Assembly: GCF_018350175.1 (NCBI RefSeq)
Contig: NC_058368.1
Span: 128,838,001 to 128,902,000 of the forward strand
DNA length: 64,000 bases
Direction of reading: 5' to 3'
Origin: Felis catus
Lineage: Eukaryota
The notes below the pieces were generated by a model. That model made no database searches. It saw only the letters and a program-made list of their open reading frames with translations, and was not told the DNA's origin. Positions 52,697 through 64,000 of this stretch are shown piece by piece (position 1 is the stretch's first letter; each line of letters opens with the position of its first letter). The position numbers were made by a program, and so were the translations under genes.

Positions 52697-53381
52697 TGCA
52701 CCACAGTCACATATCCTTCCAGCAATGGGTATTTGTAGGACAAAAAAAGTAACAGGAGTGGCTTTTCCACTCTAGTGGTAGATTTTTCTGAGAACACTCA
52801 GCCTGGAGATAGTTGTCTTTCCATAGAATGCAGAAAGCCAATAAACCCTCCCTCTGCAGCCTGGCAGAGAGGAGAGGCGCAGAGCCCAGTGTAGGCTGGT
52901 AGGGAGCACACCGTCCTACCTTGGACCATTGCTTGGCTCTGTGCAGGGGCCCACACTGTGCACACAGCTGCTTCAAGCCCCACATTTTACCAAATGGAGA
53001 CAAAGACAGGTATGGGGCTCCCCAAAGGGAATGAAAGTCCTGAGACCAGGCAGTGACCCTTCTAATGCCAACCATGGAGACAGCAATTAGGGGCAAGAGG
53101 GCTCACAAGCAAAAGAGAACCTGAAAAATCTCAGGAATACCCATAACTGGACTCTATCTGGCAAAGGAGTTTTCTTTGCTCTATTTGTTTTTATTTTAAT
53201 TTAAAACTTCCTTGGGGGGAAGTTATCATTAAATTGCAACCCCAGTGCTTAATCTTTGTATGTATATTTGTGAACATATAACTTATTTCTGTGTATGTGT
53301 GTCATTCTGTTCTATGGATTCAGTCTCTCTAGCTCATCCTTTTGTTATCTTTTTGAAGCCAGGAAATAAAAACAAAAATTC

Positions 53382-53608
53382 GGGGCACCTGGGTGGCTCA
53401 GTCGGTTGGGTGTCCTTCGGATCAGGTCATGATCTCGCAGTCTGTGAGTTTGAGCCCCGCATCCAGCTCTGTGGTGACAGCCCAGGGCCTGGAGCCTGCT
53501 TCGGATTCTGTGTCTCCCTCTCTCTCTCTACCCCAACCCTGCTCACATTCCATGTCTCTCTGTCTCTCAATAATAAATAAATGTTAAAAAAAAATTATTA
53601 AAAAAAAA
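53382..53608 (+). mobile_element. Can-SINE
   Basis: Head, body, tail. Confidence 0.93.
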
Positions 53609-54878
53609 AGCTCAGATGTTATTAAAGAGAAGCCCCTGGACCAAGGGGTCCCCACATGAGGGCAGCCCTGAGTGGGCAGATTCCAGGCCTGAAGCTGTCC
53701 TGCCAGGAAGGACTCCTGGCTGTCTGGGGACATGCTCTGCTCAGACCTAACCTCGATCTCTGCAAGGTTAGACAAAGGCCTCGGCACTGGGCCTTTGTTT
53801 TCATTGTCTGAAGACCCAGCTCTTCTCTCTTTTGTCTTAAGAGCAGGCCAGGGTGGGAGGAGCGGAAGGACTGACATCAGAGAGGTTCCTAGCAAACAAT
53901 GTTACAAACTTAGGGTAATTTCCCCTATTTACCTCACTCAAAAAAAAAAAAAAAAAAAAAAAGACTTCTTTTGTCAAAATAAAAAAAACATGTGAAAAGT
54001 GCAGGTTTGTTGTTGTTTTGAAGAATTTGAACAGTCGAGGTGTTTTCCCTGGTACTCAGTTTCAAAATCAACAAACTGGCAGCTAACTGCCTGAAAAAAG
54101 GAAAAATGGAGTCAGCTCAGCTCTGTCCTCATCCTTCCTCACAGCGCTCCCAAGTGAAATGAAAAGCGCGTCCTCGGCCCCTGCTGCCCCCAAACTAATG
54201 ACTGCACAACGCTTCACGACCCGCCTTGGCCTGCCCTGGCCACCAGCGTCCTCACGCCAGGTGTCAGGAGGGGAAGGAAGAAAGGTCGCCTTGTTTGTAC
54301 GTTTGGTTATCTCACTACCACTAGGCTGGTAAAATGGTTTTTCTGAGAGCTTCTTGTTCGTCTGGCTTTTAAAAACTTGTTATGCTTCCTTTTTCTTCTT
54401 CTCCTTTTTTTCTTCCTGAAGGATAAGAGAGATGCAGACTTTCCACAGTGTTAACTGTCCCGGATTTTTCCTCCGCTGTACGACTGAGTGGCAGCAATGT
54501 GGTTCTAAGAGGCATGATTTGTTTATAAACATATCTGGAAATAGTTAAAAATAGAAACTGCCAAGCGTGGGGCTGGGTCATAGCCAAGTCATGAGAAGCA
54601 AGATGTGTATCCTGGAGGTGGGCATTAACACCCTGGCAGACAGAGTTTTGAAGTAATTTAGGGTCAGGTGGAAACACTGATAGTACTTACCTACGGTATC
54701 TGATTATTCTTACCGTCGGTTTTAGGTTCTAGAGAGAATGGCTTCTAGCTTGCTGGGAAGCTGATCTGAGTGGCTCTATACTTTAAACACAATCCTGTTT
54801 TGTACAGTTTCTTAGATGAATGCTGACCGGGCGGTATTTAAGGAATAGCTTCATGTCTGTGGCTGCCCCAGAACTCAC

Positions 54879-54953
54879 CTTTATTTCCTCTTGCTTCCTT
54901 CTCTTTGTGCTGCCTTGGTCCCTGGCTGTGACACAGACTGTGGAGGAGACTGC
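54879..54953 (-). other. Candidate internal exon (75 nt)
   Basis: Branch GCTAAC about 30 nt upstream, acceptor cttccccatcctcttttggtccccAG, donor AAG|GTGAGT, purine-rich enhancer-like body. Confidence 0.45.
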
Positions 54954-57086
54954 CTGGGGACCAAAAGAGGATGGGGAAGTCGTTAGCATGACTAAACTTG
55001 CCCTTCCCAGGTTCAGTACATCACCTTTCAATTCTCTTTTTATTCTGTTCTTTCTCTTCTAGTCTAGTGGGAGCGCCTCTTCAGTGACTTTAAGTAGGAG
55101 GTAGGGAGGGGTTGTTTGGTCAAAGGGCGTGGAGATGGGAACAGGAGAATCAAGGAGAGGAAACAGGGGGCCAGAGATAAAGAAATCAGAGCTAGAAGAA
55201 GAGAAATAAATAGAAACAAAGACGATGAATAATACCAGATACAAAAGAGGGAGCAAGATGATAAAGAAGTGAGACGCAGAGATGGTCCTGCAGAAAGAAA
55301 CAATTCAAAAATAGAAACATGGGAGAAGCCCGAAAACAAACAGAGAAGCCCATACAGGAAAGAACCAAATGGAAGTAAGTAATGGAACCCCAAATAGAAA
55401 GGACGTCTGAATGAGAAATGTGACTTAGGGAAGGAACAGAGAAGCCTTTGTGGTGTGTTTGTAGACCAGAGGGAGAACGACAGAATAGAGGGAATCCAGG
55501 AGTGTTTATTCCTCGCACCTAGCAAACAAAAAATTCATTATTTTTTAATCATGGAAGAAATAGCTCTAAGAGCACCAGGCCTTTCATGCTATCAGTCTGG
55601 CTCTCACTCATCTTACTCCCTTAGGACTCCTTCAGAAGTGTAAGGAGACCCAGCATGAGGAACCACATTTCCACCCAGATGACTTTTATATAAAGTTGAT
55701 TTTAGAGAGATACATTCGCCCAGGCCCTAAAGCTGAGCCCCCTGTTCCAGGTGGTGAATGATCCTGAGCTTTTTAGTCTCTATAAATCCCAGGGTTAAAT
55801 GACAAACATATCTTGATTCCTAAAAATCTGAATTAAAAAAAATGAAATAACTATTTGCATGACTCCCTTTTCAGAAGACTGCCGTACTATTAATAACTTA
55901 GAAGTTGCCTTCTAAGTTTAAATAATTTAACAAGTAGAGTAATAAAAAAAATGTAAGTAAAGCATAAACTGATAAATGCAACACATACCCAGGAGAAGCA
56001 AAGATCAGTTATTTCATTACTGCAAATTGCTGTTACTAAACATTATGATAAATTATCAAAAAGATGCCTCTCCCCCCCTTCTATAATTTCAGGTTATTAA
56101 TTTTATTCATATACAAGTAATTCTTTCCTTGTGTGCCTCTCTTGCCCTGTATCTCTAATGAGGAACAGAAAAAAATATGCAGTAGATGCAATACTCAAAT
56201 TGGAGCCAAAGCAAATGAAAAAAAAGATATCAGAAACAAATAACATTATTAGCTTTTAGCCCCATAATAAGCTCTTATTTATTTAGACCCTATTAATTTG
56301 GAATTTATAATAAGTTGATTGGGATGTGGGCAGAAATTTTCCTTCATTTAGCAAACTCTGTCTTGCTAAGTAGTACAAAAGAGTGATATAAATGAGATTA
56401 CAAGGGGAATATTTGAAATACATCTTTGAGCACTTCAGGCAATCTCTTATATATGAATAATTAATATAACGAATACATATCATCCTTATGCAATAATTAT
56501 CTGGTAATTCAGGAGGAATTTGTTAGGTCACCCTGCAGAGTAGGGAGCTGTGGGTTTATCACTAAACAGCTCTCTGACCATAGGAAAGGCACTTAACTTC
56601 TTCAGCCCTTGTTTTTCTTACCTGTAACATTAGGCTGATAACACCAAATCTGCCCAGTTCAAGTGGTTTTTATGAACACACAAAAAAGAGAATGGGTGGG
56701 AATCCATTTTGAAATTCGGATGGTATTAGGAAAATCTATTTTATTAAAAATGAATTTGCAATTCATACTTGTCACTAATTCAATCTGACCTTCTGCCCAA
56801 CTGCCTATAGCAGTGAGGTTTTTATGCTTTATAAAGCTTCAGTGAAAGGATATTCCCTAATGAAATATGTGGACATAAACATACATGTACGGATATAAAC
56901 ATTCATCCTCTTTCTACTCCTGGAAAGAGTCTTCATAACATTATTATGAAGTCTGACAGGCTTGGGTTCAAATTCAGGACCTTCCAAACAGATGAGTTAG
57001 CCTAAAGAATGATCTCCTTCAGCCCCAGTTTCTTTGTCTGTAAATAATAATACCTGCTGTATAGAACACTTGTAAAGACTATGGGA

Positions 57087-57570
57087 GAGCGGCAGCTGGG
57101 TGGCTCAGTCTGGGTGGTTAAACGTGACTTGATCTCTGCTCAGTCATGATTTCACAGCTCATGAGTTTGAGCCCCACTCTGGGCTCTGTGCTGACAGCAT
57201 GGAGCCTTCCTGGGATTCTCTCTCTTCGTCTCTCTCTCTCTCTCTCTCTCTCTGCCCCTCCCCTGCTTGCACACACATACTCTCTCTCTCTCTTTCTCTC
57301 AAAATAAATAATCTTTAAAAAATACAAAAAAAAATGGGGCGCCTGGGTGGCTCAGTCGGTTAAGCATCCGACTTCTGCTCAGGTCACAATCTCACAGTTA
57401 GTGAGTTCGAGCCCCGCGTCAGACTCTGTGCCGACAGTTCGGAGCCTGAAGCCTGCTTCGGATTCTGTGTCTCCCCTTCTCTCTGCCCCTTTCCAACTCA
57501 TGCTCTCTCTCTCTCTCTCTCTCTCACTCAAAAATAAACATTAAAAAATTTTTTTAAGTACAAAAAAAGA
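57087..57570 (+). mobile_element. Two tandem Can-SINEs (about 57087-57330 and 57336-57570) inside a MIR
   Basis: Two heads and tails; MIR-like sequence on both flanks. Confidence 0.92.
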
Positions 57571-57874
57571 GAGTAGGGGAGATAATGTACATAGCATAGT
57601 GCCTATCACAGAGTGGACACACTCCAAAGACGTAAGGATTATTAATATGAAAGATAAATTGACTTGGAGTGCTGTTTGCATTGGTGAAAATACTCAAGAC
57701 TCATCACTTTGAGTCTCCTGCTCCCAGTACAACTTAGCTCCCAAACATGAGGCCCAGTAGCGTCTTAATCACAGTGTCCTGTACAGGCTTTTTTTTTTTT
57801 TTTTTTTTTTTACACATAGACAACCTATATTGCTTTTGATGAAATGTAAGTTGCAAAGTATCAAGTATCAAAAT

Positions 57875-58420
57875 AATGTTTCCTCAATTTTAAGACACTC
57901 GCTTTTTCACATTTGAACGTTTTGGAAATCAGAAAGAGCTTTAGAATCTTTGTCAAAATAAACATGTCAACTGCTAGGTATAGGAGTTGCTAAAAGGAAT
58001 TGTCATTTGCTTGTGATGGGTGAATTCAGCCAGATCTTTCAGAATAAAGAATTTTCAAAGCCAGGAAGTATTGGTGTTTATGCTTCACTCAGTTGCAAAA
58101 CGTCTGTCTGTCAAGCTTTTCAAGAGAAGCTATTGAACTTCCTGTAAGATGTAATCAATTAAAGAAAAAAAAAATTTGAGATTCAAAACCAGGTGCTTAC
58201 AGAGGTCAAACTCACAGGCACTTTTATGAATGTGTCACCTCTGCTTGGCAACTGCCAGTGTTGTAGTGAATCCAAGGAATCTGTAGAATATGAGTGAGGA
58301 TGGTGGGTAAGTAATTATATGAATAAAATGTGTGCTGTTTGTTGGTTAAAAAAAAATTGGGTATATTCAGTGTTGTATTTCTGGTTCTCTCTCTTAATAA
58401 AACTGTCATTTTAATTAGAT
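57875..58420. mobile_element. Possible TcMar-Tc2 (Kanga/MER104-like) fossil
   Basis: ttttaagacactcgctttttcacatttgaacgttttggaaatc resembles the MER104/Kanga terminus; right boundary uncertain. Confidence 0.35.
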
Positions 58421-58654
58421 AAAGCAATCTTTCTTCTGATTGACAGAATCAACAGAGAAAGCTTCTAGCTTTTAAAGTCATGGGTTAAGATGTAATTAAA
58501 TTTATACTTAAGATGGCTGCACTTTGCTGTATGTGTGCTATACTTCAATACAACATTTAAAAATTACAAATAGATGTTCCTGTGTGTTTAACTTGAATAC
58601 CTGAAGATTTATCAAAGTATATAACCAGGTACAGCTTTTTAACTAGTAAGTATA

Positions 58655-58775
58655 ATGTTTTTTAAGTTTATTTATTTATTTTTTTTTAGTAATCTTTACA
58701 CCTGACACAGGGGTCAAACTCATGACCCGAGATCAAGAGTCACATGCTCTTCTGACTGAGCCAGCCAGGTGCCCC
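58655..58775 (-). mobile_element. Short old Can-SINE
   Basis: TSD aactagtaagtataat. Confidence 0.9.
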
Positions 58776-59324
58776 TAAACTAGTAAGTATAATTAATCAG
58801 TTATAGAACTTACCTTTTGGGCTAAATCCTAGGCACTTTATGCACATGTCAAAATTTATTGAGAATTTACTCTGTCCCAGATACTTACTTGCAAGAGGTC
58901 TACCAACATCTCATTTAATCTTTAAAAGGCCTTATGAGGTGGGTATTATTATCTTTATAAATAAGGAAGTGTTTGTATAAGGCACATATAAAGTAGTTAC
59001 TTTGTAGGTCACACAGCTGGAAACTGGTCCAGGAAAAATGAGAATCTGCGCAGTGTGACTCCAAAGTCTTGCATTTGTGTACTTTTTCACAGTCCCCCTC
59101 AACAATCTACACCATAGGTTCTATTGTCCTTACTTCACAGATGACACTCTGAAACTCAAAGAGGTTAAATACTTTGACTGTATCACACACCTTGTAACTG
59201 GGAGAGCCAGGATTCATACCCCGTCCTGTCTACAAAGACACTTTTGGCTCCTCTATCATAGCCAATGTGATACCTTTCTTGGGGGAGGACATGTTCTTCA
59301 GACATCGCCTTCTTTAAAAAAAAA

Positions 59325-59535
59325 ACATTTTTTTTTTTTTTTACTGTTTGTTTATTTTTGAGAGAGAGAGAGACACGCACAGAGTGAGCAGGGGCGGGGC
59401 AGAGAGAGAGGGAGACAGAATCCGAAACAGCTCAACTGTCAGCACAGAGCCTGACTTGGAGCTGGAATCCACAAACCGCGAGATCACGACCTGAGCCCAA
59501 GTCAGACGCTTAACCGACTGAGCCACCGAGGCACT
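59325..59535 (-). mobile_element. Can-SINE
   Basis: Reverse tail, body, head. Confidence 0.92.
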
Positions 59536-60477
59536 CCACACATGGCTTTCTTTTACATCACATCACAGTATACCCTAGGAATGAGGGTGGGGTGGAGAAA
59601 GAAGGGGAGGGAAGAAACCCAAAAGAACAGCTCTTAGAACTTCAAAGGAGTTGCCATTGAGCTCTGTAACCCTGGCCATGCACAAATTGGAATTTTCCTC
59701 TTGAAATGACCTTCTTTGGGCGCAGTTGCCATTAAATTTAGTTCACATCCATTTGGATATTATGCTGCGAAGTTTTCTAACTTGGCAACATTCCCTTCCT
59801 ACTATGCCCTTATACACCTACCCCCCTTAAGAGAAAAAACAAAACAGAATTTTAAGAAGTGTATTCCTCAAACTTGGAAACCTCCGATGGGCAGTCACTG
59901 TTGTCTTGCTGAAAGAGGCACCAACCAGGGGATGCCAAGCTGTGTTCCTATTAGGCCTATTTTAGCTTCCTCTATGACTTACCATTTGTAAATTAGTTCT
60001 AACCCTTTGAGATTCCAACCATACCAATTTTAAGAAATGCTAGTTTCAACAACCATTTATCTTGGGCCATTTCAGTTGGCTGCCCTTTTCTTTATTAGTA
60101 ACTAAAAATTATGATTGGAGTCACCTCCACGCCTGTGGAAAAAAAGCTTCATTTCTCCCCACCCTGAAGACATTTACAATAATGACTTGGGAACTTGCAA
60201 TGGAGAAGAGCATTGAACAACAGAGTACTATTTGGGCATTTTTAGCATTTCAGAAGTCACGTACTACTTGTAGCTTGAGAAATTTTGAAAGAATTTTCTA
60301 AATGTTGGGTTCTTGAAACAAATTAAAACAGATATTGGAAGAATTTTACAAAATTGCCAGTCTTTTGGGGAAGTTAATAGGCTATAATAATTTACTGAAA
60401 ACAGCACGTTCTCATTTCCATCTGGTTCACTATTCATAAATGTCCCTTACAATAGTGTGTATTATGAAGAAAGGTGG

Positions 60478-60670
60478 GGGGCAGGCACGTGGGTGGCTCA
60501 GTCAGTTGAGCACCTGACTTTGGCTCAGGTCATGATCTCTCAGTTTGTGAGTTGCAGCCCCACATTGGGCTCACTGCCAGTCAGCAGAGCCTGCTTGGGA
60601 TGCTACTTTCCCCACCCTCTCTGCCCCTCCCTCACAAGCGCTCTCTCAAACGTAAATAAACACTTAAAAA
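60478..60670 (+). mobile_element. Can-SINE
   Basis: Head, body, tail. Confidence 0.9.
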
Positions 60671-61074
60671 TATATGTAAAGGTCAGCATCAACCTAAACA
60701 ATAAAAGTTAAAACTTTAAAAAACAGTTTTAGTGAGACCTCTCATTAACAACGTTTATGAAGTAAAAGGTTAAAAAAGAATTCCACCGTCCACATGTTTT
60801 GAATGTTTGTCCTTTTAAGTAGTAGGTTAAGGGGTGTGTTATTTTCTTTTCTTTGTGTTCTATTTCCTTTCCAGCTGTTACATAGTGACATGGTTTGCAC
60901 CTTCAGCCATCAAGGCGGTTGAAAAAGAAAATAATCTGTCCCTCTGGATTCTAGTTATGGCTCTGCACCCCAGCACCTGTAAACTCAAAGTCAAAACTCC
61001 ATGGATGCCTGGATTCCAAGATTAAACCTCTACTCACAAGCAAAAGAGTTGGTTGGATAGGAGGTGGGGACAAG

Positions 61075-61254
61075 AAATTGTTTGTTGGTTTAGAGAGAGA
61101 GAGAGCTCTCTAGAGAAAGAAGCAGAGAGAGAGAGCACACGGGAGAGAATCCCACACAGGCTCTACACTCAATGTAGAGCCCCACGCTGGGATCACGACG
61201 CGAGATGAAATCAAGAGTCGGATACTCAACTGACTGAGCCACCCAGGTGCCCCC
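61075..61254 (-). mobile_element. Can-SINE
   Basis: Reverse head ctcaactgactgagccacccaggtgcccc. Confidence 0.9.
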
Positions 61255-61689
61255 AAAATTATTTCTAATTAAAGAAGTGGAACTTACAAGAGTGTTAATG
61301 AAACTTCAGCTGAAAAATACTAGACTTTCTAATGCATTTGGATATTAGGAGCTGTGATGTGAGTGTCCCTTTTCATAACTATTGCAGTAGGTTGAGAAAT
61401 CATCCACCAGGGAAAGTCGTTCATCTGGTCACCAGACAAGGGAGGCTTGGGTGGACTTAAAGTGTCTGTTTAATGAGGTGGGGCTGTTTTTGAGAACATG
61501 TGATGGGTCTAAGTTTCCTGGTGCAGAAGTGTTAGGCAGTGCGCTTTATTAGGAAAAGAGGAATCTGCAGAGTATTGAGAAACATCAACTTGTTGCCAGT
61601 CAGGGCCTCCCTGGCCGCAGCTACATTGATGGGGAATCCGTAGGATGAACAATGCCCATGTCTAATGTTGTGTTTACAGTTTTCCACCT

Positions 61690-61890
61690 TAGTGTAAGTT
61701 CAAATGCCTGCTTTGTCACTTACTAGCCTTGTGATTTAAGGAAAGTTACTTAACCACCCTAAGCCTCACTTTGGTCATCTGTAAAATGGAGATAATAATG
61801 GTCGCTATCTTACAGGGTTGTTTAAGGGCCAATGTATGTAAAGCCTTTTAGCACAGCACCTGGCACATCACATGTGCTAATAAATGATTG
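61690..61890 (+). mobile_element. MIR
   Basis: aagttacttaacc...catctgtaaaatggagataataat core. Confidence 0.85.
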
Positions 61891-62090
61891 AAATGTGTTT
61901 ACATCCTTTTATTACTTAGAGCATTTTTAAATGTGTCATTTGTATGTTGTGATGACAGTTTGCAAAACAATTCACACCACTTTGAGGTTTCATGTGTGGT
62001 AGGAAGCTCTGAGTTCTGCCCTGGGAAAGGGTACTTTGTTGGCTTTCTGTGGAGGAGTTTTGCAAATAATTGGTCTCTCCCACCCTCCAG

Positions 62091-62302
62091 GCCTTGAACT
62101 TCATCTGTGGACTCTAAAAAATGCAAAAGAGCTGGAGAGAAATGGCTACCTGCTGTGGAAGACCAGGCCCACCCTGTATCCTCAGCCCTCTGCTCTCTCG
62201 ACTTTGGGCCTAAAACTATGTGTGAACAAGAAGAGCAGCTGTCACTATATGTATGAAGGCACCCAGCTGGGGGTGGACAACATCGAGACCTGCATCCAGA
62301 AG
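62091..62302 (+). CDS. Candidate internal coding exon (212 nt, phase 1 to 0) of an unidentified gene or pseudogene: GLELHLWTLKNAKELERNGYLLWKTRPTLYPQPSALSTLGLKLCVNKKSSCHYMYEGTQLGVDNIETCIQK
   Basis: Acceptor tctctcccaccctccAG, donor AAG|GTCAGC; only one frame open; many G/C-ending codons (GAG CTG GAG; GTG GAC AAC ATC GAG ACC TGC ATC CAG AAG); lies within the longest ORF of the window. Confidence 0.45.
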
Positions 62303-62788
62303 GTCAGCATCCAGCAGAGGGCGCATGGGTCGGTTCACTGGGGGTCTGGAAGGTCACACCCTTTAGATCAAGTAGGGGAAACTGGTGCCCAGAGTAAACA
62401 CCAAAACCCAGCACGGAGGCCCTCAAGTCCATTCCCAGAGCTGATTCAGAGATTTAGGCAGCTTCTCCCCTCACCCACTCACAGGCCGACAATGGGAACT
62501 CAAAGAATAGGGCCTTCCTTCCTTCCTACTCTGACTGCAGACCTGTTGGTCAGCAATGGCCTCAGGGAATTGTAAACCTTTTGGAGAAAGAAATCACAGG
62601 CGAGGGCTGCAAACAGACAATTCAGTGAAAATCTGTTCAATTCAAGGAGGCCTGCAGAGCTCTATTATTAGCTCCCGAAGCAGTGAGGGAGGAGCCTGGA
62701 CGGTGCCCTAAACACCAATCCTCTTCAGCCCTTTTCTCTCTTCCATGGAGCCTACTTCAAACCTTCTCCATTGTTAAAAATCAGTACA

Positions 62789-63217
62789 GGGGTGCCTGGG
62801 TGGCTCAGTCGGTTAAGCGTCCGACTTCGGTTCAAGTCATGATCTTACAGTCCGTGAGTTCGAGCCCAGCATTGGGCTCTGTGCTGTTAGTTCAGAGCCT
62901 GGAGTTTGCTTCAAACTCTGTCTCCCTTTCTCTCTGCCCCTCCCCCACTCACTCTCTGTCTCTATCAAAAAATGTATAAACAGTTAAAAAAATATTTTAA
63001 AAATCAGTAGAGAAAAGGGGCGTCTGGGTGGCTCAGTTGGTTAAGCGTCTGACTTCGGCTCAGGTCATGATCTCATAGTTGGTGAGTTTGAGCCCTGCAT
63101 CAGGCTCTGCACTGAGCGTGCAGATCCTGCTTGGGATTCTCTCTCTCCCTCTCTCTCTGCCCCTGTCCCTCTCTGTCTCTCCCAAAATAAATAAACTTTT
63201 AAAAAGTCTTAAAAGAA
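62789..63217 (+). mobile_element. Two tandem Can-SINEs (about 62789-62998 and 63017-63217)
   Basis: Two heads and tails separated by copies of AAAAATCA(G/A)TA. Confidence 0.93.
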
Positions 63218-63270
63218 AAAAATCAATAGGGAAAAAACCAACAACCTAGTAGAAAAATGGGCAAGGACAT

Positions 63271-63747
63271 TGTATTTGTCAAGGTTCTCTAGAGAAACAG
63301 AACAATAGACAGATAGATAAATAGATTTATTATGAGGGATTGGTTACATGATTATGGAGATGGAGAAGTCTCAAGATAATGCTGTCTGTAAGCTGGAGAC
63401 CCAGGAAATCCAGTGATGCAATTCAGCCCAAACCTGAAGGCCTGTGAACCAGGGAGGCTGATGGTATAACTCTCAGTCCCGGGACAGGAGAAGATGAAAT
63501 GCCCCAGATCAAGCAGTGAGGCAAGAAAAACAGGAGCGAATTCCTCCTTCCTCTGCACGTTGTTCTATTCAGGCCCCCACCAGATTAGACAATGATCACT
63601 CATGCTGGGGAGGATGATCTGCTTTCCTGAGTTTAGCGAGTCAAATGCTAATCTCATCTGGAAATGCCGTCACAGACATACTTAGAAATAATGCTTAGTC
63701 TAGGCCCCCATGGCCAGTAGACTTGACCCGTAATACCAACCATCATG
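63271..63747 (-). mobile_element. MLT2 (ERVL) LTR
   Basis: ggttctctagagaaacagaac...aaatgctaatctcatctggaaa...aaccatca. Confidence 0.88.
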
Positions 63748-64000
63748 ATGTGAACAGAGTGCAAGTTCACAGCTACACATTTTCCCTAGTAGACACTCTC
63801 ATATGTATGTCAAGAAGTGTGCACAAGGAACGGATTAAATAAGGTGTGCTTCACAGTGGGGTGGATTTATTTGTGTGGCTGTGGAACCACCTTCAAGACA
63901 CGGGTTAAGTGAGAAACTGGTTCACAACAGGGTTCTGACTTTAGACTTGCGGTCTAAAGAGATTGTATGAATTTACACTGTTATACTCCTCCCAGTCATT

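Noticed and set aside
54432..54548. Peptide FHSVNCPGFFL resembling the IL-1 family/beta-trefoil FES..PGWF motif
   Set aside because: Short match only, with no other IL-1-like exons in compatible phase
54684..54692. TACTTACCT (also at about 622) as a U1 snRNA 5' end
   Set aside because: No U1 body follows; it is simply the reverse complement of a consensus splice donor
62091..62350. Family assignment for the candidate exon: faint likenesses to calpain penta-EF (ALSTLGLKL...Y....LGVD), GH18 chitinase (Y.Y.G...G.DNI), TIR, Crypton/DUF3504, and an out-of-frame kinase-like HRDLHPE
   Set aside because: Five mutually incompatible weak matches, each lacking key residues or needing several indels. 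Alignment by eye is unreliable at this level, so no gene symbol is given.
62036..62575. 179-aa ORF as a single-exon gene
   Set aside because: It starts at TTG, and the part after about 62360 runs through MIR-like sequence without coding-type codon bias

Overview
Mammalian nuclear DNA, almost certainly felid: it carries about 35 carnivore tRNA-derived SINEs (Can-SINE), including young SINEC_Fc-type copies, plus cat-type L1 3' ends. The window looks like a large intron or intergenic region. It is dominated by transposable elements (Can-SINEs, L1 of several ages, L2, MIR, MaLR/ERV LTRs, TcMar/hAT fossils) and microsatellites, with several repeat-free islands that resemble conserved non-coding DNA. 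I could not recognise any known gene, structural RNA or CRISPR array; most listed ORFs are by-products of repeats. Best leads: (1) a coding-like + strand exon candidate at 62091-62302 of unknown identity; (2) four - strand exon candidates (54953 to about 30975) that join into one open frame ending in an exon with AATAAA; (3) repeated reuse of one target site by successive retrotransposons, clearest at 47912-49009; (4) two independent L1 insertions truncated at almost the same base. Repeat family names and boundaries are from memory of consensus sequences and are approximate. All exon calls were made by eye and are unverified.
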